From contig CAZMOE010000010.1 in NCBI GenBank assembly GCA_964567855.1, forward strand, positions 7,531-71,530: 64,000 nucleotides of DNA, in the 5' to 3' direction. Below are positions 29,041 to 39,777 of this stretch, in pieces. Source of the stretch: an uncultured Prevotellaceae bacterium (GTDB taxonomy: Bacteria > Bacteroidota > Bacteroidia > Bacteroidales > UBA3663). Numbering within the stretch: position 1 is the first letter of the stretch; each line of letters begins with the position of its first letter. The notes under the pieces were generated by a model, which was not told where the DNA came from, searched no databases, and saw only the letters and a list, made by a program, of their open reading frames with translations. Both the position numbers and the translations under genes were made by a program.

Positions 29041-29634
29041 TACTGGGTTAGTCGGGGAAACTGTTGCAGCGGAATGCTGAGGGTAATTCTTGGAGGATCG
29101 GTCGCAGATGTTTGGAATAAAGTTGTGCTATTTGATTGTGTTTCAGTTTTATAAATTACATTATATAAATGGGCCGGACGATAGAATGGTATTTTGTGAA
29201 TGGTGATTTGGGCTTGAATCTGAAATGAGGATTTCCGTGCAGATTTGTGTGTGCGGGACAGAATTGGGTAGGGGCGGATAAATTGGTATTTATCGGTCTT
29301 TTTTTTGACAGAATCTGTTTTAATATGGATATTTCGGTTTATCTCCGTCCGTTATGAGGCTTTTGCAACATGAATCGTGAATCATCTATGAGCGAGTTGG
29401 TTATAATGAATTTCATAGGATGGCGCATATCTCCGGCTTCCATTTGTTCCGATTTATTATTAAGTAAAAAGATTTTTAAAAGGACTTTTTTCGATGAAAG
29501 TGATGGCTGTTTCTGGAAAATTTATTATCTTCGCCAAGTGAAAAGAGATCTCTCCGTCGGGAGGTTTTTCTTTTTCTTGGAAATATGTAGAAATATTAAT
29601 TGAATCTATATCATAAAACAAATAATAATCGGCC

Positions 29635-29883
29635 ATGGAATGTTCCATACGCATTTTCAACGACTACGCAGTGGTGAAATCGGATGATGCCAGTTTGGGT
29701 ACTTTGAAGTTTGATATGTCACTGCCCTATTGTAAGATTTTTGAAACAACCAGGCAACAGAGCCGTGATTATGTGGAGGAACTTGTTCGTTGGTGTGGAG
29801 CGCGTCCTGACAATATTGATACTATTGTAAAGAGTATTTTGCTTTACGTTTCGGTTAAGAGGCGGGAGGCCGGGTTGAAATAA
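29635..29883 (+). CDS. Hypothetical 82-aa protein
   Basis: ATG after an A-rich initiation region, upstream promoter-like TATCTTCG (29526-29533), protein-like composition. Confidence 0.6.
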   Translation: MECSIRIFNDYAVVKSDDASLGTLKFDMSLPYCKIFETTRQQSRDYVEELVRWCGARPDNIDTIVKSILLYVSVKRREAGLK

Positions 29884-30109
29884 CCGCTTACTTTTTTGTA
29901 TCGGCTGTTCCTGTTTCGATTCGGATCATGAAAAGATTTAGATGAGTAGTTTCGGATGCCGGTGTTTCGATTGTCGGTGTATGTTTTGATAAATCTGCTG
30001 AAAGATCTATGTCTTGGCTGTCAGATTTATCTGTTTTATTTGTAAAATACAACTGGCCGATGAAAGTTGATAAAGATAGTTTATAAATTGTCGAAATTCT
30101 AAAAACATT

Positions 30110-32176
30110 ATGAGAAAAGTTATCCTTACATTTATATCATTGATATTGTTCACCGGTATAAACGCGACAGATTTTACCGAGACATTTTCCGGATTGAATT
30201 CTTCAACGGCAGCGGACGGTAAACACAGCTTTGATCTTGGTGAATGGACTTTCAGTGGTATGGCATACGGAAGTTCTGCACTAAAATTCAACAAAAACGG
30301 TGCATATATCATATCTCCGAAATTGGATAACATCACTAAGGTAAGTTTTACTTATCGTTCCGGTGGAAGCAATAAGAAAATGACCGTGGCTTATTCTACG
30401 GATGGTGCGACTTGGACCGAAATCGATAATTTTACGATTGCCAGTAGTTCAAGTACTTTTGCCACATGGACTAAAAATGTTGCTCTCGGGGATGTTGAGG
30501 GGGTACAGTTTCGTATTCTTGCCGCTTCATCGAATTGTTATATAAAAGTGTTCAAGGTTTCGGATGATGTTGTGGATGGTGGGCATGATTACTCCGATGA
30601 TCCTGATTATAAGACTGATGGCGTGTGGATACCTACAAAAGCATTCCCGGAAGCGAAGAAGATATATTATATCAGTCCTGCCGGCAATGATGAAACGGGA
30701 GACGGATCGAAAGAGAAGCCTTGGTATAACATTGCAAAAGCCTATGAGAATGCCATTCCCGGTACGCATATCATTTGTCGCGGCGGGAAATATCATATTG
30801 ATAAATATGGCCCGGATGGCAAACTTACCGTGCGTATGAATAAGGTGGGAACGGCTGAAAACCCTATCGTGATACGGTGCTATGATGGAGAACTGCCTGT
30901 GTTTGATTTCGAACAACAGCTTTTCGATTGTAATCGGGACAAATCGAAGGTAGGCGACCGCGGAATCGCTCTTACCGGTGATTACCATATTATATATGGG
31001 ATCCATATTACTCATGCTGCCGACAACGGGATAAAACTTGAAGGAAATCATAACCGGATAGAACGCTGCGAGTTTTCTTATAATCTTGATACAGGCATAC
31101 AGCTCGGTTTCGGTCATGATTTTTCGGCTTCTGGGTTCGGATCGAAAAATGACGGCAGCCATTGTGCATATAATGACATTATCGACTGCGATTCTCACCA
31201 TAATTGCGATTTCGACATGAACTATGGTTCCGATGCTGACGGATTTGCATGCAAGATGCACAATGGCAAAGGTAACCGATTCATTCGTTGTCGGGCATGG
31301 CGCAATAGTGATGATGCGTGGGATCTTTATGAAACTGATTATGACGTCATTCTTGCCGAATGTTGGGCGTGGGAGTCTGGAAATGCCTCAGATCATTTTT
31401 GGGTAAAAGATTATCTTGACGGCAGTGCCTCCTTTTCCGGTAATGGCAATGGTATCAAACTCGGCGGCAATGGTAGTGGCGGCTCTTCCGTTGGCGTTCA
31501 TTATGCTTTCAATTGTATTGCTTTCGGATGCGACAAAACCGGTTCTGTGAAAGGTTTTGACTGTAATAGTCATAAAGGTGGCCATGTGCTCGTTGGCTGT
31601 CTCGGTTTTGACAATGGCTATGATTTCATGTTTGAATCGGGCGGTTCTGCAACAAATACATTTTTTTATAATAACATCTGTCTGGGCAGACAAGAAATAT
31701 GTGTCGGGCAGGATGACTATAACGCCATCATAAATTCTCCTTCTAAAAATGGCTGGACGTCACATCTGGTGCAGGATTTCTCAAAAGATGATTTCCAGTC
31801 TCTGGATGAGGACGATGCCATGGCACCGCGTTCAGTGGACGGTTCTTTCCCTCGTAAATTTGGTAGGCTGAACAAGGAAAGCGCTCTTATCGATGCAGGT
31901 ATTGCAGAAAATGACATTACCACCGCCCTCGTAAGGAATACTTATGCCTCCCTCATTGCTGATTTTCCTTTTCTTGAACAACCTGTAACCGGTGATGCGC
32001 GCGATCTTGGACCATACGAATTCAAAGATTATACATCTTCGTGTATTGAGACAATAGTCTCTGCTCCGGATAGTTGTTGCTGCGACAATGCGGTCTATAA
32101 TATTTCGGGTCAACGGGTATCGTTAGGATATAAGGGGCTCGTGATAATGAACGGGAAAAAATATATTTTGAAATAA
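30110..32176 (+). CDS. Polysaccharide lyase family 9 (pectate/rhamnogalacturonan lyase) with N-terminal beta-sandwich and T9SS CTD
   Basis: ADGFACK..GKGNRF.RCRAWRNSDDAWD and GNGNGIKLGG PL9 motifs; signal peptide; YNISGQRV..KGLVIMNGKKY end. Confidence 0.9.
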   Translation: MRKVILTFISLILFTGINATDFTETFSGLNSSTAADGKHSFDLGEWTFSGMAYGSSALKFNKNGAYIISPKLDNITKVSFTYRSGGSNKKMTVAYSTDGATWTEIDNFTIASSSSTFATWTKNVALGDVEGVQFRILAASSNCYIKVFKVSDDVVDGGHDYSDDPDYKTDGVWIPTKAFPEAKKIYYISPAGNDETGDGSKEKPWYNIAKAYENAIPGTHIICRGGKYHIDKYGPDGKLTVRMNKVGTAENPIVIRCYDGELPVFDFEQQLFDCNRDKSKVGDRGIALTGDYHIIYGIHITHAADNGIKLEGNHNRIERCEFSYNLDTGIQLGFGHDFSASGFGSKNDGSHCAYNDIIDCDSHHNCDFDMNYGSDADGFACKMHNGKGNRFIRCRAWRNSDDAWDLYETDYDVILAECWAWESGNASDHFWVKDYLDGSASFSGNGNGIKLGGNGSGGSSVGVHYAFNCIAFGCDKTGSVKGFDCNSHKGGHVLVGCLGFDNGYDFMFESGGSATNTFFYNNICLGRQEICVGQDDYNAIINSPSKNGWTSHLVQDFSKDDFQSLDEDDAMAPRSVDGSFPRKFGRLNKESALIDAGIAENDITTALVRNTYASLIADFPFLEQPVTGDARDLGPYEFKDYTSSCIETIVSAPDSCCCDNAVYNISGQRVSLGYKGLVIMNGKKYILK

Positions 32177-32828
32177 GTGTCCGATGTTTTAAAATAGCAT
32201 GCTTCCAGAAAATAGACAATGTGTCTGGTATCGGTTTTGGGATACATTTGGGATGGGAAACAGTCTCGACCTTTGTTAATGTGTTTAGACCGATTCATGT
32301 ATTTTGATCGCGATCTGTATTTTCTTGTCTGGATGTGGAAGATGGGCCCTAAGAGAATCGTTTTATGAAAAGCCAGCATTTTTTTGTTTGATCGGCAATA
32401 CGATGACCTGCTCATTATTATTGTTAGTTGGCGGATAATTGTATGTATTTTTCTTTTTGCATCTGATGTATGTGTGTAGGTATGTACTTCGGCATGTCTG
32501 AAGCAGTGTAGCTATGATTAAAGAGTATATTGATTCGTTTGTATGGGAGGACTTTTATATTTCTTGGCTGGCTTTACGAGATTTGTGATATTTTCTTGAA
32601 TGACATTTTACTATTATGCCGATATTTCCACCTGCTTATGTAAATGGGAGAGGTGGAATAATTATTCATGTCAAAAAATACGACTTTATTGTTGTGATAT
32701 GATTTTGAAATCGCTCCGGGATCATCGAAAGAATACAAATTGCTATCTGCTGCCCCGATTTTTCCCATGTCAATGGTATTTGAACATCTTTTTTCTACTA
32801 AATTTAATATACAATGAATAATTAATAT

Positions 32829-32836
32829 TATATTTG
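32829..32836 (+). promoter_or_regulatory. -7 promoter element
   Basis: TATATTTG about 80 nt upstream of ATG 32914. Confidence 0.55.
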
Positions 32837-32913
32837 CCGTGGAAATTATCGCTTCATTCTCACTCATGTTTGACACAAAAATCAAATTATACACAATCAA
32901 AACATTTTTAACC

Positions 32914-35688
32914 ATGAAGAAAGCTTTACTTTTTTCTTTACTTGCAGCTACAACGATTGCCGGTGTGGATGCGCAAGGTCGTAAGTGGGACTTCCGTAAC
33001 TGGAGTGCCGCTACAGTGAACAATTTGAAGGCAGGCTCCGATTGGAGCGATATCGAGAAAAAGGACGGTACTGCACCGACTGAACTTTCTAAAGATAACT
33101 GCTTCTGGGAAGTAACACATCAAGGTACTGCCGATGGTGTGACTATTACTGCCAATGGTGTGGCTATTGCCGAACTCGAAGGTTTGCTTTATACCAACAC
33201 GACAGACCGTTCTTTGGCCATTGCCGTTAACTATCAGGTCGCCGATGCCTCCAGCGGATTCGGTCCTTATGAGGGTGCTTCTTATCTATGGTTCGGTGGT
33301 AGCAAAAAGGATTATTTCGTAATTCCGAATGTGGCTCCCGGTACGGAAATTACCATGGGCATAGAGTCTCATAAGTTGACTGACGCCCGTGGTGTGGAGC
33401 TTTACATTTATTCCGGTAATAAGAAAGGTACGAAGTTGAAAGATATCGATGGCAATGATGTCGGTACACCGACCACTTATCAGGAATTTACCTGGTATCT
33501 TCCTACTGAAGGTATTACCGAAGAGCCTAACGAGGACGGTACTTATAACATTATGATGTATAATACCAACGGTTGTCATGTTTATTATATTACAGTAGGT
33601 GAAAATAGTGTCAATCCGGATCAGATTAATGTCGCTTATCTTTATGACGGCGCTTATTCTACTTACTGCGGTATCGACGAAGATCCGATTTACAACAACG
33701 TTATTCAGAATTATGTTTCTACGGCTATCGACTTTAGCCAGTTGAATGGTATGAGTACTGCCGATTTGAATGATTCTCTTACCAAGTACGATGTCGTTGT
33801 TTTAAGTGAGGCAGTTAGTAGTGGCAATGACTATGCCAAGGCTATGGTTGATATTGTCAATAAAGTACCGATGCTGAATCTTAAGTCCTTTATGTATAGG
33901 AACTGGGGATGGGGTGTAGGTGCTAATCCTTCTCCCAAGGCTAATACTGTAGTCGTAAATGAGGCATATTTTGAACATGAACTTTTCAATAATATTACAT
34001 TGGAGAGCGATGGTACGCTTCCGATTTTTGAAATTACCGGCGATGATCTTCCGTCAGGTAAGGAGAATACCAATCTTGTTCAGGCATGGACTGCTACTGC
34101 AGGTTCTTTAGTTGCTGATGATGAAATTATTGCTACTGCAGGTGGTGATAAGGCTATTCACAGCCATGGTACAAGAAATACCTATATGCTGATTCCTATT
34201 TCTTCCGATAATCTCCTTGTTGATGGAGAGGCAGTGTTGACGGCTGATGCTTATGTGCTCGTTGATAATGCTATTGGACTGTTGGCGGCTACCAAGTCTA
34301 AAGTGACTCCGGCTGCTTCTCCTGTGGTTACGACTGTTGCAGAGGATCAGGTTACGACTGTTTCTATCTCTTGTGCTACTGCTGGCTCTACTATTTATTA
34401 TACAGTAGACGGAACTGATCCTACTACTGCCAGCGCAGTTTATACAGAGCCTTTCTCGGTTACTGTAGATGGTATTGTCGTTAAAGCTTTTGCTACAGCA
34501 CAGGGTTATGAGCCGAGTGCTGTAACAACTTCAACCATTGTTGTTAAATCCAAACTTGCGGCTCCTGTAATTTCTGTCGAAGGTGCACTTGTAACAATTA
34601 CAGCTGCTGAAGGCGATATTTACTTCAATGTTTCTGGTTCAACCGCTATAGCAGCTTCTCAGAAGTATGAGGCTCCGTTCGAGGCTCCTTATTCTTGTGA
34701 AATTACTGCATTCACAGCTTCTGATACGAAGTTGGCTTCAGATGCTGTTACTGCTACTGTGTCAGTTGCCGGCTCAATCTATAACAAGGAGCTTGTTCAC
34801 GTAACGTTTGACAGCTCTGAGGGTTGGCCTTCTGCATCCAAGTCTCAGCGTCTTATTGCAGCTTACAATGCCCTTTCTACAGAGCCTACCGACTCAACGC
34901 TTGTGACTGTTAAGGCTTCTGACGGTGTTACTGACTCTACTTATTATGAGTATGAGTATGCTCCTCTTGATGTAGAACCTTATGTTCTTGAAGCTGAGAA
35001 TATCGGCTGGAGATTGGAAAGCCACGGTCAGCAGTTGTATTACGTTACTGACTATAATAATGCTCTTTGTTACGAAGGAGGTCCGACTGCTTATGGTTAT
35101 TCTTCTGTATTTGCTGCCAAGTTCTTTACCAGGTATGCTATCGGTTTCCAAAATATCAAGCATGTTCGTGAAGATGGCGTGGCCAATGCGTTCTTGACAT
35201 CAAAAGTGAAATATCAGGCTCCGTTTGAGCTGGCTCTTCTTATGTCGCATGTCGTAGGCTCTGGTGCCAATCAGACTCTTTACGCAGTTGAACCTGGTCA
35301 GGAGGCATCTGGCAATATTCTTGTCGCAAGATTTGAAGTTGCAGTTTCTGTGGATGGTGAAAACTGGAATGTGGTAGATACGCTCAAGACTACTTGCAAC
35401 AAGATGGTTGAACGTAAGAGCCTTGTATATGAAGGTACAGATGAAGTATTTGTTCGTGTGAAGTCTCTTCGTCCTGAAAACCTTGTTAGCAGCTCTAATC
35501 AGAAGGCCAACATTTCCGATATTATTATCTGCGGCGAGGGTGAAGATAATGCTATTGAAAACATTGCTGCTGACAAGGTACAGCAGAATGAAAACGGTGT
35601 GATCTTCGATCTTTTCGGTCGTCGCGTAAGTATTGTCGAAAATGGCAAACTTTATATCCGTGACGGTAAGAAGTTCATGGTTAAATAA
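32914..35688 (+). CDS. Secreted protein with chitobiase-type Fn3-like repeats and T9SS CTD; no recognised catalytic domain
   Basis: Signal peptide, IYYTVDGTDPT..YTEPF repeat plus a degenerate second copy, FDLFGRRV..LYIRDGKKFMVK end. Confidence 0.85.
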   Translation: MKKALLFSLLAATTIAGVDAQGRKWDFRNWSAATVNNLKAGSDWSDIEKKDGTAPTELSKDNCFWEVTHQGTADGVTITANGVAIAELEGLLYTNTTDRSLAIAVNYQVADASSGFGPYEGASYLWFGGSKKDYFVIPNVAPGTEITMGIESHKLTDARGVELYIYSGNKKGTKLKDIDGNDVGTPTTYQEFTWYLPTEGITEEPNEDGTYNIMMYNTNGCHVYYITVGENSVNPDQINVAYLYDGAYSTYCGIDEDPIYNNVIQNYVSTAIDFSQLNGMSTADLNDSLTKYDVVVLSEAVSSGNDYAKAMVDIVNKVPMLNLKSFMYRNWGWGVGANPSPKANTVVVNEAYFEHELFNNITLESDGTLPIFEITGDDLPSGKENTNLVQAWTATAGSLVADDEIIATAGGDKAIHSHGTRNTYMLIPISSDNLLVDGEAVLTADAYVLVDNAIGLLAATKSKVTPAASPVVTTVAEDQVTTVSISCATAGSTIYYTVDGTDPTTASAVYTEPFSVTVDGIVVKAFATAQGYEPSAVTTSTIVVKSKLAAPVISVEGALVTITAAEGDIYFNVSGSTAIAASQKYEAPFEAPYSCEITAFTASDTKLASDAVTATVSVAGSIYNKELVHVTFDSSEGWPSASKSQRLIAAYNALSTEPTDSTLVTVKASDGVTDSTYYEYEYAPLDVEPYVLEAENIGWRLESHGQQLYYVTDYNNALCYEGGPTAYGYSSVFAAKFFTRYAIGFQNIKHVREDGVANAFLTSKVKYQAPFELALLMSHVVGSGANQTLYAVEPGQEASGNILVARFEVAVSVDGENWNVVDTLKTTCNKMVERKSLVYEGTDEVFVRVKSLRPENLVSSSNQKANISDIIICGEGEDNAIENIAADKVQQNENGVIFDLFGRRVSIVENGKLYIRDGKKFMVK

Positions 35689-35721
35689 GTTGACAGTCAT
35701 TTGACAAACTTTGTTTTCGAT

Positions 35722-35764
35722 ATTTAGGGCTGAATCTGTTTTAGGTTCGGCCCTAAATCTTTTT
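35722..35764 (+). terminator. Intrinsic terminator
   Basis: ATTTAGGGCTGAATCT/AGGTTCGGCCCTAAAT stem followed by a T run. Confidence 0.85.
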
Positions 35765-36115
35765 ATTGGCTTAACCGCTTTTTAAAATTTTTGTGGGGCT
35801 TTGATTGCTTCGTCGAACTTGTGATTTTTGTCGGTGTAAGAGGATTCTTGTTTGTTGTAGACGATAGTAAAAAGACTGTGATGACGAATAACAGGTAGGA
35901 GTATTTTTCTCTTATCCAAGTGGCGAAAAAATACACCCTGGATATGACTGGGATTTTACGAGTGAAAAGAAATGCTCTGATGATAGGGTATAAAATTTAT
36001 AGAAAATGAATTATTTTTTTTATTTTTGAGTCAAAATTATAGACTTTGGATTCTTTTTCTTTAATATTTGTTGTTAATTCTGACGAACTATATATTATAT
36101 ATGTGATAAAATGAT

Positions 36116-36123
36116 TACCTTTG
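36116..36123 (+). promoter_or_regulatory. -7 promoter element of the PL1 gene
   Basis: TACCTTTG. Confidence 0.55.
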
Positions 36124-36261
36124 TCGGTGCCATATATGTATAAATGCGTGTGGAGAGATTGTTTTTATTCTTTTATTGTAGTAGAATAAAACTCATATAA
36201 ACAGCTTTGAGGCATGTTTGGCAATAATGAATGTGAAACAATTAACCCTATATTTTATATT

Positions 36262-39200
36262 ATGAAACATATTTCGACTCTTTTGGTAGCAGGAAGTCTG
36301 TTGATGTGCTCTGCATCGACAGCTGCGGCTCAACAACTGGCTTTCCCGGGTGCTCAGGGGTGGGGACGTTTTGCAAAAGGCGGCCGTACCGGATCTGTCT
36401 ACCATGTAACTAATCTTAATGACAGTGGAACAGGATCCCTTCGGGATGCCGTGAGCAAATCCAACCGCATTATTGTTTTCGATGTGGCCGGTGTTATCAA
36501 TATTAGCAGCCGTATTGTATTTGCCAGCAATCTTTATGTGGCTGGTCAGACTGCGCCGGGTGAAGGTATTACGGTTTACGGTAACGGTGTTTCCTTTTCG
36601 GGAGCAAGCAATATTATCTGCCGTCACATGCGTTTCCGTATGGGTAAAGGCGGAGATTCCGGTAAAGATTGTGCCGGCATTGCCAATGGTACGAATATGA
36701 TTTTTGATCATTGTTCTTTTGCTTGGGGATTGGATGAGACTTTTTCTATCAATCCGGATGGAAAGGGTACCTTGCACAGCATTACATTGATGAATTGTGT
36801 TTTCGGACAGGGCCTTTTGACCCACTCTGCCGGAGGTCTGATGCAGGCTGACAGCATAACTCTTTATCGAAATTTCTATTGTGACAACGGAACGCGTAAC
36901 AATAAGGTGAAAGGTTATCATCAATATGTGAACAATGTTGTCTATAACTGGAAGAATGGTTGCTACATCATGGGGGGCGACTCCAGCGGAGAAAGTCATG
37001 CCAATACTCAGAGCAACCTCTTCATCAATGGCCCTGCTGGCGGTGGCAACGCTTGTACGACGGGTAATGATCTGTTCCATATTTATGCTGAGGATAACTG
37101 GCAGGATCGTGATAAGGATGGAGCGCTGAATCCTTATTTGATTCCCAACGATGAGTACACCGGTGGCGTTGATTTCCAGTCAACTCCTTTCAATTTCCCG
37201 GCTTTGGAAATAGTTCCCGCCCTGACACTGATTGATGAGGTGTTGCCGACGGTGGGTGCTTCTTTGCCGTATCGGGATTATGTCGATTATTACATGATTG
37301 ACGAATGTAAATCTTTTGGTAAGAAGGGTGTGCTGATCTCCGATGAAAAAACATTGCCTTATGGTGTGCCTTCTTCATGGAATGTATGGAAGGGAAAAGC
37401 TCGTGTCGATAGTGATAATGACGGTATGCCTGATGTATGGGAGGTGGCCAATGGTACCGATCCGAGCAAGGACGATGCCATGACGGTGGCAGCCAACGGC
37501 TATACCAATATTGAAAATTACATTAACGGCATCACGGCAGAAAGTGTAGATTTCTTCCTTCGTGCTCCCATGTTGTTGGAGTTGGCAGAATCTACGCCGA
37601 CTTCTTTGGAACTCGCGTGGGCGGATTACACGGAAGGTGAGGACGGCTTCATTGTAGAAATGGAAAAAGACGGGGCCTTCGTCGAAGTCGGAAGAACTGT
37701 CGCTAATGTCAAAACGTTTACTATTCGTGAAGGGCTGGAGGCCGGAACTGCTTATAATGTGCGGGTATGTGCTTATAAGGGCGATGACCGATCTGAATAC
37801 ACTGCCGTGGTTGTCAAAACTATGCCGGAGCAGGTTGAGATGGTTGATGTGGATAATTATGTGGCCGATTATACCTGGAATGGGGGAGACGGTGTCTGGG
37901 ATTTTACCTCTCCTCTTTGGAATGGCGCTGTTTATCAAGATGGAGGGAGGGTCCTTTTCCAGGCTGATACTCCTGCCAATGTGACTTTGAACGAAACTGT
38001 GGCTCCGGCTTCTGTTGTCGTAAATGGAAACGCTGATGTTACCATTAGTGGTGAAGGTGGTGTGATTGGCGGTGCCGGATCCATGAATAAGGCGGGTGCC
38101 GGTGTACTGAAACTGGAAGGTAACAATGCTTATACGGGCGCTACTGTATTGCGTGGAGGTACAATCGAGTTTGCATCCCTTAAAAATGGTGGAGAAAACA
38201 GTGCTATCGGTGCAAGTCAGGAATTTGCCCAAAATTGGGTATGGTATGGTGGTACTTACCGTTATACCGGTGCTTCGACATCAACCAACCGTTCTGCTAC
38301 TATTTATAAGGATACGGAATTTGATATCGCTAACGGATCTGCGACTGTTACCATGTCTGGAAAAATGGAGGGTAACGGAGGTTTTGTTCTCAACGGCAAG
38401 GGTACGCTGTCTTTGAATAAGAATGATTTCTTTGCTTACGAGGGCGCTACCGTGCTTCGCGGAGGTAAATTTTATCTCAATGGTGTTTCTACCATGTGGA
38501 GCGATAAATTGGTGAAACTTGGCGACTCTCCGAAACTTGTTTTGGCTGGTGGAGCTTTTGAAACGAAAGATGCCAACGATACTTATGCAACTTATCAGTT
38601 CCCGATCGAGGTGGAGAGCGATACCTATTCTACTTTCAAGGTACATCGTAATTGTTCTATCGCATCGGAAGTAAGCGGTGATGGCACGATTGAATTTCAG
38701 GCTACCTATTTGCGTGAATATGTGACGGGTAACTGGGAGAATTTTACTGGTACGCTTGTTGTGAACGGCGTAAATAGCAAAGCCGGAGAATGTCAGTTTA
38801 TGCTTTATAATGGCAAGGGTATTGAAAATGCCCCATTGTATCTGAAAGGAAATGTTCAGGTTGTATCATGGAAGGCTTCTGCTACCTATTATCTCGGTGG
38901 CCTTTCGGGTGATGCCGGTACTTATCTTTCCGGATTCTCTAAAAATACGAAGACCTCTAACGGTACTTGGATTGTCGGTGGTGCCAATACCGATGAGACA
39001 TTCCATGGTGTGATTGATAACCGTTGCTCTGCAAATAATTATAATGGTACCGTTAATATTCGGAAAATCGGTACCGGTTTGTGGCGTCTTACCGGTAAAA
39101 ACGTCTATTCCGGTAAAACTGATGTGGAGGAAGGTAAGCTCGTTATCAACGGGCAGAATACCGGAGCTGGGGCCGTGACTGTAATGGACGGAGCTACTTT

Positions 39201-39777
39201 GGCCGGAACCGGAACCGTATCTGCTGCTGTGACAGTAAAAGCAGGAGGCACGGTTTATGCCGGTGATACTGCTATCGTCAATAAGAATACTTTGATAGTG
39301 AACAAACTGAATATTGAGGAAGGTGGAGCGATTTGCATTCCACTTCAGCATGATGCAACTCTTAACAAGTCCAACCGTCTTGTTCTCAAGGGCGATGTCA
39401 ATCTCAATAATGCAGTTTTGAAACTGGATATGGGATATGTGACCAAGGCTATTTCTGATAATTCTTATTTCACCGTATTCGATGTTTCTGCCAAGCCGGC
39501 TGTTTCCGGTAGTTTTACAACTGTGGAACCGGCCGTTCCGAGTGAAGAACAAGAATGGGATCTTACCTCTCTCTTCACAACCGGACGTCTGTATGTGCGT
39601 CAGAAAGGTTGGAACGGTATCGAAAATGTTGCTGGCGATAAGGCTCAAACAATTAAAACTGTGTTGTATGACCTTTGCGGCAATATCGTAGATGCGGAAA
39701 ATGCCAAGGGAATTTATGTCAGCAAGACATGGACTGCCGACGGAAAGGTTTCTGTCAAGCGGGTATTGATTCCGTGA
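36262..39777 (+). CDS. Pectate lyase (PL1-like) with Fn3, autotransporter-associated beta-strand repeats and T9SS CTD
   Basis: AFPGAQGWG..GGR..VTNLNDSGTGSLRDA, AGQTAPG, IFDHCS, DSDNDGMPD.WE; K.GAGVLKLEGNNAYTGAT repeats; YDLCG..KGIYV end. Confidence 0.9.
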   Translation: MKHISTLLVAGSLLMCSASTAAAQQLAFPGAQGWGRFAKGGRTGSVYHVTNLNDSGTGSLRDAVSKSNRIIVFDVAGVINISSRIVFASNLYVAGQTAPGEGITVYGNGVSFSGASNIICRHMRFRMGKGGDSGKDCAGIANGTNMIFDHCSFAWGLDETFSINPDGKGTLHSITLMNCVFGQGLLTHSAGGLMQADSITLYRNFYCDNGTRNNKVKGYHQYVNNVVYNWKNGCYIMGGDSSGESHANTQSNLFINGPAGGGNACTTGNDLFHIYAEDNWQDRDKDGALNPYLIPNDEYTGGVDFQSTPFNFPALEIVPALTLIDEVLPTVGASLPYRDYVDYYMIDECKSFGKKGVLISDEKTLPYGVPSSWNVWKGKARVDSDNDGMPDVWEVANGTDPSKDDAMTVAANGYTNIENYINGITAESVDFFLRAPMLLELAESTPTSLELAWADYTEGEDGFIVEMEKDGAFVEVGRTVANVKTFTIREGLEAGTAYNVRVCAYKGDDRSEYTAVVVKTMPEQVEMVDVDNYVADYTWNGGDGVWDFTSPLWNGAVYQDGGRVLFQADTPANVTLNETVAPASVVVNGNADVTISGEGGVIGGAGSMNKAGAGVLKLEGNNAYTGATVLRGGTIEFASLKNGGENSAIGASQEFAQNWVWYGGTYRYTGASTSTNRSATIYKDTEFDIANGSATVTMSGKMEGNGGFVLNGKGTLSLNKNDFFAYEGATVLRGGKFYLNGVSTMWSDKLVKLGDSPKLVLAGGAFETKDANDTYATYQFPIEVESDTYSTFKVHRNCSIASEVSGDGTIEFQATYLREYVTGNWENFTGTLVVNGVNSKAGECQFMLYNGKGIENAPLYLKGNVQVVSWKASATYYLGGLSGDAGTYLSGFSKNTKTSNGTWIVGGANTDETFHGVIDNRCSANNYNGTVNIRKIGTGLWRLTGKNVYSGKTDVEEGKLVINGQNTGAGAVTVMDGATLAGTGTVSAAVTVKAGGTVYAGDTAIVNKNTLIVNKLNIEEGGAICIPLQHDATLNKSNRLVLKGDVNLNNAVLKLDMGYVTKAISDNSYFTVFDVSAKPAVSGSFTTVEPAVPSEEQEWDLTSLFTTGRLYVRQKGWNGIENVAGDKAQTIKTVLYDLCGNIVDAENAKGIYVSKTWTADGKVSVKRVLIP

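Noticed and set aside
29040-29520. tRNA or known riboswitch in the long intergenic gap (also 32180-32820)
   Set aside because: No cloverleaf, T-loop, or cobalamin/TPP/SAM consensus found by eye.
30044-35940. AAAATAC motif upstream of the three secreted-protein genes as a shared operator
   Set aside because: Too short and AT-rich, with inconsistent position and spacing.
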